Shown: piece by piece, positions 1-11,520 of the stretch
Layout of the letters: each line of letters starts with the position of its first letter
How positions within the stretch are numbered: position 1 is the stretch's first letter
Assembly: GCA_002269645.1 (NCBI GenBank)
Contig: NIVC01001971.1
Location: 1-64,000, forward strand
Source: Macrostomum lignano
Lineage: Eukaryota
Length of the DNA stretch: 64,000 nt
Reading direction: 5' to 3'
The notes under the pieces: model-generated
The model's database searches: none
Seen by the model: only the letters and a program-made list of their open reading frames with translations
Told to the model about the DNA's origin: nothing
Made by a program: the position numbers and the translations under genes

Positions 1-25
1 ACTGACTTTGTCTATTGGCGCTCAG

Positions 26-312
26 GTGAACCATTTTCCGGCAGTTTCACTATTGGCGAAAAGACCGCCTGTGGCGCTGTTTGCACGGATGCAGTGCGCA
101 GTACGTCGTCGCGAGTTCGATTTCTTTCCGTTAACATCTGCCTGCCGGGCGACCTCAAGCAGCTCCGCAGGGCGTGGGACGCGACGCAGGCGCCAAGCAG
201 AAATGGATTGTGAAGCCCCGGCCAGTGCCAGGGGTATCGGGATCCGAGTCGTCAACAAGTGGAAGCAGGTGCCGAAACGGCGGGCGGTTGTGGTTCAGAC
301 CTACCTGGCCAG
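26..312 (+). CDS. TTLL4: TTLL4-type tubulin polyglutamylase, internal exon (several single-base deficits)
   Basis: CAG acceptor at 23-25, GTGAG donor at 313. Peptide blocks across frames: VNHFP..RKDRLW, REFDFFPLT, KWIVKP, ASARGIGIRVVNKWKQVPKRRAVVVQTYLAR, matching the TTL domain of TTLL4. Upstream exons lie outside the window. Confidence 0.85.
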
Positions 313-742
313 GTGAGCTATTGACGAGGCCGATTGATGAAGATATTGATCGGTACTTGAGCCATACAATCGACGGTAGTCTGTGGGATGACTAGCCATC
401 CATCATCCATGAATGATCAATTACATTGGGATTTTAGCAGAAGCGTATCAGCCTCGCTGCAAAACTAAAACTGCTACAGTTGATTAAAGATACTAAGGAA
501 TCATGCTTGGCGGTAACCATTCTGAATGGTGATTGGTGAGTACGAGTAGCGCTGTGGTGACGGGTCTGACTCTCGCGTGAACGTCCTGGCCTGGCGCTCG
601 TTCGTGCAGTTCACACTAATGAAAACCAACATCTACATAGAGAGTGTACATGCCTGCGACTAGTCAGGGCCTCTAGACGCTCGGTTTGTCAACTTAACCC
701 ACCTTGGATGACTCCCAAACTAACCGCTAATCTTCCAACCAG

Positions 743-1111
743 GCCCTACCTGATCAACGGAAGCAAATTCGACTTGCGCGTTTACGTCTACGTGACCAGT
801 TTTGATCCGCTGCGAGTCTACGTTCACGAGCGCCCGGCTGGTCCGCTTCGCCAGCGTGCCCTACAGCGGTCAGGCAAGACCATCGGCAACCGCTTCATGC
901 ACCTCACAACTACAGCGTCAATAAGCGCAACATCAACTACAGTGCCAGCGCGGCGAGGCCGAAGAAAGCGACGGCGAAGGTCACAAATGGAGCTGCGAGC
1001 GTTGTGGGCCCACCTGAGACAGGCGGGCAAAGATCCCGAGGCCGTGTGGTCCAGCATCAAGGATCTGGTGGTGAAAACTATCATTGGCGGGAGTCGCACA
1101 TCAACTCGCAG
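743..1111 (+). CDS. TTLL4: TTLL4-type polyglutamylase, internal exon (frameshifted)
   Basis: AG acceptor at 741-742; phase joins AG|G = Arg. Encodes PYLINGSKFDLRVYVYVTSFDPLRVY, NRFMHLT(N)YSVNK and VWSSIKDLVVKTII. GT donor at 1112. Confidence 0.85.
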
Positions 1112-1350
1112 GTTGGTGCCGTTTCGGCTGACTGGAATTTTATTTGCTTCTCTTACACGATCTCCTCTCGTCTCGTCCACTCCTCTTCTGTATACCTACT
1201 CCGAACCCACCCGAACCCATCCTGATCCTACCCTGAACCTACCCCGACTCACCCCAAACTCACCCCGAATCCACCCGAAATCCACTTTGAGTCCACTTTA
1301 TCCACACCAACCCAAAGCCAAGCCTCACTTTCGGCTGCTCAAATCCGCAG

Positions 1351-2035
1351 GTGAAAGCCTTCTGCCGCCGTCGCTACTGCGTCCACGAGCTGTTCGGCTT
1401 TGACATCCTGCTAGACGATCGCCTGAAGCCCTGGCTGCTCGAAGTGAACATATCGCCATCGTTGCACTCGAATTCACTGCTAGACATCGAAGTTAAAAGC
1501 GCCGTCATTCGCGACTTCATGAACCTGGCCGGCTTCCAGCCCCGAGCCGGCCTCGGTGATGTCGACCGCGCCAGGCTCAGCTTCGGCTTCGGCAATGTCG
1601 ACAATGGCAGATTCTACCAGCGAAGCGGCACCGTACGCTGACAGACGCTGCTGGCCGGAGAGGCCGCTGAGCTCGGACGAGCGCGCCAAAAAGCTGTGGT
1701 TCAGCCAGCGGCCGGACGACCGCAGCATTCTGGACACGCTGACGCCGGACGACGTTCGAGTTCTGGTAGAATCGATGGACGAATTCGCGCGGGCTGGCGA
1801 GTTCGGCCGGGTGTTCCCAGCCGGCGAGGAGGCCGTCACCAGGCGCTACCTCGGCTTCATGGAGCAGCCGCGCTACTACAATCTGCTGCTCATGCACCAC
1901 CTGTCCCGCTATCGGGCCTGCGAATCGCAAGGCATCGACGCTCTGGCGGCGATGTGCCGACGAAAATTGCACCTGGAGTCGCCCACCGCGGATCCCGCGC
2001 ACCAGTGGAGCGCGCCGTGTGGGAGACGGCATTAA
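1351..2035 (+). CDS. TTLL4: TTLL4-type polyglutamylase, terminal exon (one frame change near 1560-1640)
   Basis: CGCAG acceptor ending at 1350. Encodes HELFGFDILLDDRLKPWLLEVNISPSLHS and the TTLL4-like tail LDTLTPDDVRVLVESMDEFARAGEFGRVFP...FMEQPRYYNLL. TAA stop at 2033-2035. Confidence 0.88.
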
Positions 2036-2837
2036 AGTGTAGAAAAGAGAGAAAGAGAGAGAGAATTGCATTTCAATTCCGTAGTAGCATGCAGCTATAT
2101 TATAACAATATTAGAGATGGTGAAACGATTCCTTTATGGTGAGCACAATAAGGTACGGTCCCAGCGTAGCAACAATAGCTCAGCAGTTAGTCATGCATTA
2201 CATTCCTGAATTTCGCCAATTTTGTTAGAGGCCGGTTGCAAGTTTCAGTCTTTTCGTAGCTAATATCTCACCTTCTGAGCTTCGGAATTTCAACTATAGC
2301 AAGAATGCGTTTCGTTTAAGATGCACTCGCAAGTTTGTCAAGTGAAAAGGTTGAGAGCGTATTACTGGAGAGTGGCAACGCTTAATTAAAGTACAATTGT
2401 GTTTTATTATCGAATTTCACTAAGATTTGCTGTTTTGCACATCGCTGAATCCTGTACCTAGCTACATAGCATTTCATGAAACAATAGCTAGATAACCTTG
2501 AGAGTGCGACTTGAGCGAAACAAAACTCTCGTTGAAAACGTTACAGTGACAAGAATAGCTATAAAGTCATTGCAAACAACTCAACTAGTGACTCTAGCGG
2601 CCCTGGGGCCGACTGTTGCGACTTTTTAACGACTCAAACGACTGTAATGCGACGTAGAGGTAGGTGACTGTTGAGTCTCGAGCGCATTGCGTGAGTTGCT
2701 GAACCGTAAAAAAGTCGTGAAAAGTCGTCCAAGTGTCGTTGTGTTATCGTTTGACTTTCTACTAACTCAAGTAGATTAAATACAGTTGTTATAAATGTGA
2801 AATGCGATTCAAATTCATGAAAGTAAAGATGCGCTTT

Positions 2838-3832
2838 AGACACAACTTAGTGACTCTGCAGCAACTCCAGCACGCCTCTGACACGACTCAGTGACTCTGC
2901 AGCAACTCTAGCACGCCTCAGACACGACTCAGTGACTCTGCAGCAACTCTAGCACGCCTCAGACACAACTCAGTGACTCTGCAGCAACTCTAGCACGCCT
3001 CAGACACAACTCAGTGACTCTGCAGCAACTCTAGCACGCCTCAGACACAACTCAGTGACTCTGCAGCAACTCTAGCACGCCTCAGACACAACTCAGTGAC
3101 TCTGCAGCAACTCTAGCACGCCTCAGACACAACTCAGTGACTCTGCAGCAACTCCAGCACGCCTCAGACACAACTCAGTGACTCTGCAGCAACTCCAGCA
3201 CGCCTCAGACACGACTCAGTGACTCTGCAGCAACTCTAGCACGCCTCAGACACAACTCAGTGACTCTGCAGCAACTCTAGCACGCCTCAGACACAACTCA
3301 GTGACTCTGCAGCAACTCCAGCACGCCTCAGACACAACTCAGTGACTCTGCAGCAACTCCAGCACGCCTCAGACACGACTCAGTGACTCTGCAGCAACTC
3401 CAGCACGCCTCAGACACAACTCAGTGACTCTGCAGCAACTCTAGCACGCCTCAGACACAACTCAGTGACTCTGCAGCAACTCCAGCACGCCTCAGACACA
3501 ACTCAGTGACTCTGCAGCAACTCCAGCACGCCTCAGACACAACTCAGTGACTCTGCAGCAACTCCAGCACGCCTCAGACACGACTCAGTGACTCTGCAGC
3601 AACTCCAGCACGCCTCAGACACAACTCAGTGACTCTGCAGCAACTCTAGCACGCCTCAGACACAACTCAGTGACTCTGCAGCAACTCCAGCACGCCTCAG
3701 ACACAACTCAGTGACTCTGCAGCAACTCCAGCACGCCTCAGACACGACTCAGTGACTCTGCCGCAACTCTAGCACGCCTCAGACACGACTTAGTGACTCT
3801 GCAGCAACTCTAGCACGCCTCAGACACGACTC
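2838..3832. repeat. 41-bp minisatellite, ~24 copies
   Basis: Head-to-tail unit AACTCAGTGACTCTGCAGCAACTCTAGCACGCCTCAGACAC, period 41 (e.g. 2941 vs 2982), no spacers. Confidence 0.95.
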
Positions 3833-5313
3833 TACGGCCCCAGAGTCATTGTAGAATCACCCAAAGCCTTTTCATAGTCGCAGACTAAAACGCCACAAAT
3901 TAATTCTTAGGACGAATTTTTGGCGACTTGTATCGTGACATCTTGTCGTTTTAGAGTCGTCTTGAGTCACTTCTTTCCCATTTTACCTGTGTTACCTGTA
4001 AGGACTCTGAAACGATTCTGGGGTGACGCAAGTGACTCTGAGAAGACGCTTCTTGGCCTGAGTACCGTTTTTATCGGACTTATTTAGAATTCGAATGTAC
4101 AGAATGGGAGAACGGGGCGACACAGAAGCACAATTGTCAGTGAGCAAACTTCTTAAATTTATACCTTTGTATGGCACCGTGTCTTTAACGTATTGTGTCA
4201 GCGGTCCTGGTGTTTTTCAACTCCGGATCTTCTCTTTAAAATGGTATATTAAGACTACTGTTACCAGCAGTAGCATGCTGAGCATATTGTGCGCTGAATT
4301 GCCTGACTGATGCATCATACCTCTTTGCATTGTTGTGTTGTTGTGCTTTATTTCAAATTCAAGATTTTGTGTGTTCAAAGAGAATACCTAACTATACACA
4401 TATAGCTATAGTCTGATCACATATTGTTATTTGTCTGACAGATTTCACTAATTTTCTTTTATACTGTGACAATATTTGCCAAAAAATATAATATATACAT
4501 ACTGTTTTACCTGGTGTTTAACTTCAGTAACGAGTATATCGATGAATTTATTGATTCACAAAACTTTCTTACTTATACGGTCGTCACAAATGAAGTGACC
4601 GAGATTTTATCAAACTAAAGACTTTTAGTGTTGTGGCACAGCTACTGCCGCAAATGAAGGCGACAGAACTGCAACTGTTTAAACAAATTAATTGTTTCAA
4701 ACAACTTAATCTGTCTGTTAATCATCCAGTTCTAAGCCTTGTAAAAGATTTCTAATTTACAACACGAAATATTCGAAATTATTATTTTGCAGAATGCAAA
4801 CTCGAACAAACCATATTCAACTTGAGCGCACTCTCCATATCCCAGTTTCTGCCTAGACCGGTTCTAACCGGTACAGAGAAGGACGCTGAGAAGTTCGGTG
4901 AGTCACGTGAATCACGTGAATAATTGATGAACAGCCCCTCTAAGTCCAAAGGAAACAATCTGATGACAGAAGCAAATGAAACCGTCTTTTTGCAATATCC
5001 TTATTTCAAAAAAAGTCGAAGAAAAGCGAATAGGATTTGCCAAAAATGACAATAGATCTTGTTCACCTGAGTTGTAGCAATTTCCTTTGCATTTCGCACA
5101 AATTACGTCGTTGGCTTCTTATTGGCAAAGTGACTTTCTAAGTTACTTCTAGAAGAGAGACACCACAGGGACTCCCACCTTACCTTTTTCAGGCGCTGCG
5201 TGCCTGCTGCGTTAATTAAAAGCAAATTAAATCATGTTATTAAAAGTACAAGTTACCTCTGTCTTCAGAGCGTACCGAACTTCTTTGTTCTGTTAATCAT
5301 TAGAGATCTTTCA

Positions 5314-6583
5314 ACAGACTCTTGCACAGTTGCACCAACAGACTCTTGCACAGTTGCACCAACAGACTCTTGCATGGTTGCACCAACAGACTCTTGCATG
5401 GTTGCACCAACAGACTCTTGCACAGTTGCATTAACAGACTCTTGCACAGTTGCACCAACAGACTCTTGCACAGTTGCATTAACAGACTCTTGCACAGTTG
5501 CACCAACAGACTCTTGCACAGTTGCATTAACAGACTCTTGCACAGTTGCATTAACAGACTCTTGCACAGTTGCATTAACAGACTCTTGCACAGTTGCATT
5601 AACAGACTCTTGCACAGTTGCATTAACAGACTCTTGCAAAGTTGCATTAACAGACTCTTGCACAGTTGCATTAACAGACTCTTGCACAGTTGCATTAACA
5701 GACTCTTGCATGGTTGCATTAACAGACTCTTGCACAGTTGCATTAACAGACTCTTGCACAGTTGCATTAACAGACTCTTGCAAAGTTGCATTAACAGACT
5801 CTTGCACAGTTGCATTAACAGACTCTTGCACAGTTGCATTAACAGACTCTTGCACAGTTGCATTAACAGACTCTTGCACAGTTGCATTAACAGACTCTTG
5901 CAAAGTTGCATTAACAGACTCTTGCACAGTTGCATTAACAGACTCTTGCACAGTTGCAACAACAGACTCTTGCACAGTTGCACCAACAGACTCTTGCACA
6001 GTTGCACCAACAGACTCTTGCACAGTTGCACCAACAGACTCTTGCACAGTTGCAACAACAGACTCTTGCACAGTTGCAACAACAGACTCTTGCACAGTTG
6101 CAACAACAGACTCTTGCACAGTTGCACCAACAGACTCTTGCACAGTTGCATCAACAGACTTTTGCACAGTTGCATCAACAGACTCTTGCACAGTTGCACT
6201 AACAGACTCTTGCACAGTTGCAACAACAGACTCTTGCACAGTTGCACCAACAGACTCTTGCACAGTTGCACCAACAGACTCTTGCACTGTTGCACCAACA
6301 GACTCTTGCACAGTTGCACCAACAGACTCTTGCACAGTTGCACCAACAGACTCTTGCACAGTTGCACCAACAGACTCTTGCACAGTTGCACCAACAGACT
6401 CTTGCACTGTTGCACCAATAGACTCTTGCACAGTTGCATCAACAGACTCTTGCATGGTTGCACCAATAGACTCTTGCACAGTTGCACCAACAGACTCTTG
6501 CACAGTTGCATCAACAGACTCTTGCATGGTTGCACCAATAGACTCTTGCACAGTTGCATCAACAGACTTGTACGGTTGCACCA
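5314..6583. repeat. 24-bp minisatellite, ~53 copies
   Basis: Unit ACAGACTCTTGCACAGTTGCA(CC/TT/AC/TC)A; explains the repetitive ORFs at 5200-6616. Confidence 0.95.
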
Positions 6584-8231
6584 CATTAACTTGTAAATTC
6601 TCAACATAGACAGCACATTACATAAATTTGTAACACTGTGTTTGAATGCAGAATTTAATGGAATATCAGCGAAACTACTTCTGTAATGCTTTTAAACTGG
6701 TCATTGAGAGACAGACAACTTTCTATTCAAAATAGTGCCTACATCATCAAAACCTTTTCCTGTCCTTAAATGACCTAATGGACGGCCAAATTTCGTTTTC
6801 AAAGTGTTCCTGCAGTCGAAAGCGCAATGCTAATTTGATGCCCAATACTAGGCATAATATATTGCCCAGCTGTGACTACAGCTGTCTCGCCCTTTCGCCC
6901 TCTCCGGTCAGGACAAAGGTCCATGCAGCAGTCAACATCGCTCGTCGCGCAACCAGCCATCAGCTTCAAAGCGGGTAAGTCCACCCACCGCCAAGCAAAG
7001 TCCTTTCGCCTGTTTCTGCAGAAAGTTTTTTCTCCACCATACAGGCAGTCATAAAAAGCAACACGTCTAGGATCTTTGTTGCTGCTTTCGGATTCGGACA
7101 AAAACATATCAGCTGGGCGTCGCTTTCATCTCGCCGCCGCCTCGTTTGAAAGCCATCTGAGGGGGAGAGATGGACTTTTGACCCGAGGAAACTAGTGGAA
7201 TAAGGTATCAGGGAGAAGGACGAGAATCCTTAAGACGTACCGTTCCCTAATATTCCAGAGTTTCAAGTATCCCTGCAAGTCCAGGTGCGCTGGCGACCTC
7301 AGACGACCCCGTCTGGGAGGCCGATTCCTTACCCGAAATTGCCCGTTTAATATGTTACCTTTGAAGGGCAAGGGAAAGTGAAGGTTCAACTCAAGGCTAA
7401 CGCAGCCTTGAACTTGCTGACGTGGTGAAAGCAAATCCAACTTTGTTTCCGGCCTTGATTGCCCAGTTGCTAGAGTTATTAGCCAATGCACTAGTCTTGA
7501 TGAAGCAGGCGTCAAGAGGCATGATTGCCCTACAGTACAAACTTGGTGAACTCACAAATTCAAAAAGCATTTAATAGGATTCGTTTATTGCATTTGACTA
7601 TATAGACAAGTTAAGTATTTCCATATAGAGTTGTTCCGTCTCAGTCTGATGTCAAAACTTCTGGATACAATTAACCTTTTCCCTCTAGCTCTCGGACTTC
7701 GCCGCCATTATTTCACCTTCTCTCATCAGGGGGTTTGTCTCATCTCATCAGTCAGGGCCGCTGAAGTCAGGAGTCAGTGGAATGGACAGAATCGCTTCAG
7801 CGCTGGTTGTGTCACAATATCGCGTTGAGAGCGTTGCACCGGGGTCTCCGCTGCCCATCCCATCCGTCTTTCTCGTCTCCTCACTTTCTCAACGCCTGTC
7901 TTTGTCGACAATTGTCTTTATTAATTTGTCACAGTTTGCCGTCATATCGGAGCGCGCTTTCGATTGTTCTCAAAGCAGGTCAAGACTGACGAGCTTTTTC
8001 TGTGATTAATAATTCTGAACTGGACGAACGGAAGGATTAAATGCTGTTCTCTGAGGGGACTGCGTCATTAAAAATTAATTACAGATTAATTAGGATGCCT
8101 AAGGGCCAGTTGAGTTTCTAAATTTACCTCAACTTTTCGGCTGTCTAACATTTCGCAGTCTGTATCTGCAAGCTAAATACTCTGAAATCTGGTTTTCGAA
8201 AAAGGTTCTTTATGTTCTTGATTGTCAAATC

Positions 8232-8571
8232 CATCTGACTCGATTATGTCTGACCCAGCTTTGTCTGACTCAGCTTTGTCTGACTCAGCTTTGTCTGACT
8301 CAGCTTTGTCTGACCCAGCTTTGTCTGACCCAGCTTTGTCTGACTCAGTTTTGTCTGACCCAGCTTTGTCTGACCCAGCTTTTTCTGACCCAGATTTGTC
8401 TGACCCAGCTTTGTCTGACTCAGCTTTGTCTGACCCAACTTTGTCTGACCCAGTTTTGTCTGACCCAGCTTTGTCTGACCCAGCTTTGTCTGACCCAGCT
8501 TTGTCTGACCCAGCTTTGTCTGACCAGCTTTGTCTGACTCAGTTTTGTCTGACTCAGCTTTGTCTGACTCA
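8232..8571. repeat. 15-bp minisatellite
   Basis: Unit TCTGACCCAGCTTTG, about 22 copies. Confidence 0.93.
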
Positions 8572-9340
8572 GTGGTCATCAAAACCACTTTTTCGAACTT
8601 CTGGGACCTAAAGTTATGTAGCTTAACACCTTTCATAAGCTTGACTTTCGTGGTCCGCACTTGCATCTTGCACCGCATTGGTGCTTAGCAGTTGATTGAA
8701 ATGTTATTCAGCTAATCGTTTTCTGTAGAATCGACATTGAAATGTTATTTCCATTCCAGAGGATAGATTAGGCTGGCTCGTATAATGATTAGTTGATAAG
8801 AATGGCGGAATTACGAGCAATAAGGGAAGTTCGGCTGCACCGAAAGCGAAGAGACATTCCGAGAACGCAGTCCCTGCAGGGAGCGAGATCCGGTTTTTAT
8901 CGGGTATCTCATATCAGGTACTTCGGATAAAAGGGCCAACTCCTAAAAATGGAAGGATGGAGGACAGGATAATTTCGATCTAAAGACTCAGTGGGCGGCG
9001 AGTTAACAGGTGGCCTAGAAATCGTTTATCTTGGTGCCTGGATGATCTGCTCCCAAACTGGAGTGGAAACCGGCTTCCCGACTCAGAGGAAGTCCAGCTG
9101 ACTGGAATTCAGATCAAATAGAAAAACCGGTTCGGCCCTGTGTGCAATATCTTCTGCTTAATACTCGGCCAGTCTAAATATGGAATTTGAAGAACTGATA
9201 TGATTAGAGCTGAGAAAACGATATTAATTAAGAAATTATAACATCTAAATCATAACTTGTAACAGAAGTTAAAGTTTGCTTCTAAATAGAGCCTTAGGTC
9301 TGCATCTAGGGCTGCATTTTTGGTTGTCAAGAAATTTGTT

Positions 9341-9527
9341 TGTGCCGTTCGTTGCTAAGGACGCACTTTGTCTGTGCCGTTCGTTGCAAAGGACGCACTG
9401 TGTCTGTGCCGTTCGTTGCTAAGGACGCATTGTGTTTGTCCCGTTTGTTGCTAAGGAAAAATTGTGCCTGTGCCATCCGTTGCTAAGATCAGATTGCACC
9501 TGTGCTGTTTGTTTCTAAGGACACATT
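9341..9527. repeat. degenerate 32-bp tandem repeat, ~6 copies
   Basis: TGTGCCGTTCGTTGCTAAGGACGCACTTTGTC recurs at 9341, 9373 and onward with decay. Confidence 0.8.
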
Positions 9528-11475
9528 GTGCTGTCTACAAGTAGCTACGTACCTTTTAAAAGCAACAAGCTTAAGCAAGCAGTTCAAATCACCCATAGCA
9601 ATTACAAAAAGCCGCTTTCTACAGAGCAGCGTCAATGTTTAGTCAGACAGAAATGTAATGACGCAAGCACCCGAAATGGTCGAGCTAAAATTAGCATTGC
9701 TGAGAAAGCGAGACAGACGGACAGTGAGAAGAAAATGACAGGTAAACAGGTTTCTCATGGAAAACAAAATCACCGATCGTCCATCTGTTTTGGACAACAA
9801 TTTTCATCAGCAAAAAATGTCAATAATAATACTGGAACAGATCGCGTTTTGATTGCTGCGTTCTAAATAAAAAAGAGAGCCGCCTCTAGTCCGAACGGAA
9901 GAGAAATGCGTAATTGCAACTGCTTGCTCTTATATACGAATAGATGATAAATAGGCAGCCATTTTATAGTTTGAGTCCATTTACTCAGATCTGCATCGCG
10001 CTGTCGTTGCTGCCTCGGGTAAAAAAAACTAGGGAGAAGTAGTGCGTGCTTGTTTTTTACTGCGTCGATGAGTAGCTATGAGCGGTTGGGATGCGAGAGT
10101 GCAGATGGATGCAGGGCGCGCTGTAATTATTGAGGGAAAACCTGCATCCACCCATGGGTATTAATGAGATGCTTTTTCTTTCTCAGTCAGGCTCTGCCAG
10201 AGGTAAAGGGTTAAATGTAATATTCAGGACGGTGCACGGTAGCCGGGCGTGATCGACAGGTAGACAGACCAACGACCCCCAGTCGGTCACGGCATCTTTG
10301 CGTGATTTCATGCATGCCACTACATTCTGTCCGCTTTTTGTCCAATATTACCGAATAAGCAAAGTACAATAAACGGATTCACTATCATGCCAGACTCGCG
10401 TGATACTGTAATCCATGCTACCAGATCACCTGTGTTGAAAATTGCTAACTAAACTAAAAACCTGAACACGCAGCCAATGCGTGATAAAAATGGTTAAATA
10501 GGCGAGAGTAATAATGATTGGCAGGTAATCATTCCCCTTGGCTTGCTTACCTTTCTCGGGGGGGGGGGGGGGGTTGGTTGATTTCCCTTTCGGGTAAATG
10601 AAGCTCAGCAAAAATTGTACCCATCTTCTCCCCCTGACTTTCTCTCCCAGACTGTCAGCCAAACAGCACCCCAGAGCACCCTTGGATGAGTGCTTGAGCA
10701 CTTGAATGAGTTGATGACTGGATCGTGCTACATTTTAACCGCTGATCGGTTCAGCGTTGACCAAAGCCGTGTGCATTCGGCCTTGTTGACAGTGCGCCGT
10801 GGTTTAGGGGATGAGATGTGAGGTGCCCGCGTTATTAATCATCCCCCTAATGCAGAAGAGACAGAGAGGGAAATTCAAACCCTGGATAGATGTCCCGCCT
10901 CATGATGCAGCTCGTCTAGTTGCGAGTCATACAAACATTAAGCTGGGTAAGCTCCATCCGGACATATTGAACTTTCTGCTCCATCATAACCAAGTTTGAT
11001 ATTAATAAATTACTGGTAATCTATCTAGACTGTAAAAAGGTCAAAAGCTACATGCAGTTTATTGAAAAATATTATATTCCTTTCTTTGTTGCCGCCCCAG
11101 CGGGGGAGGGCGCAGATTGCTAGTAGCTATTCTAAGGGTTCAACAGAAGATCTTTAACACAGCGCAGCAGTTGAGAATCAAAAATTTTTATTAAAAAAAG
11201 AATTAATTTGATTTTATCCGCGCCAGATCAGGCAGAAGCTGGTCTTCCCGCATCCGACCCTGAGTCTCCTAAGCGTCAGTCCGTCTGCAAAGCCGAATTA
11301 GAAATAAGACTGAAGCGAGACGGGGGGGCGCTTCGGATTGGCTGATCGCGTCTCCCCTTCCTACTGCCGCTCTGTAGCAGATTATAAATACGGGAAAGTC
11401 CAGAATGCGCCGCACGCTAAACTATTGCAGCTTCTTCTTTGCGTTGATTTTTCAGTCTGGAAGCAGCAAGCCACG

Positions 11476-11487
11476 ATGCAACAACAA

Positions 11488-11520
<33 letters not shown>

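Noticed and set aside
2838-3832. 41-bp repeat as a CRISPR array
   Set aside because: Units are contiguous with no unique spacers, there are no cas genes, and the context is eukaryotic.
2587-3850. MITE around the 41-bp array (CTGGGGCC ... GGCCCCAG inverted 8-mers)
   Set aside because: The inverted match is only 8 bp, with no convincing target-site duplication or second copy in the window.
4904-4920. Tandem TCACGTGA E-boxes as a regulatory element
   Set aside because: Short motifs with no identifiable linked transcription start; could be chance.
5200-6616. Long ORFs inside satellites (also 8222-8678, 24730-25383, 27196-27908, 34295-36290, 48253-48974, 51188-51970, 61171-63292) as genes
   Set aside because: They are by-products of stop-free repeat units read in several frames and on both strands, with no splice or homology support.
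11338-11475. TTG-initiated N-terminal extension of ANKFN1
   Set aside because: An acceptor at 11455 and an ATG in good context at 11476 explain the start; the upstream part has intron-like composition.
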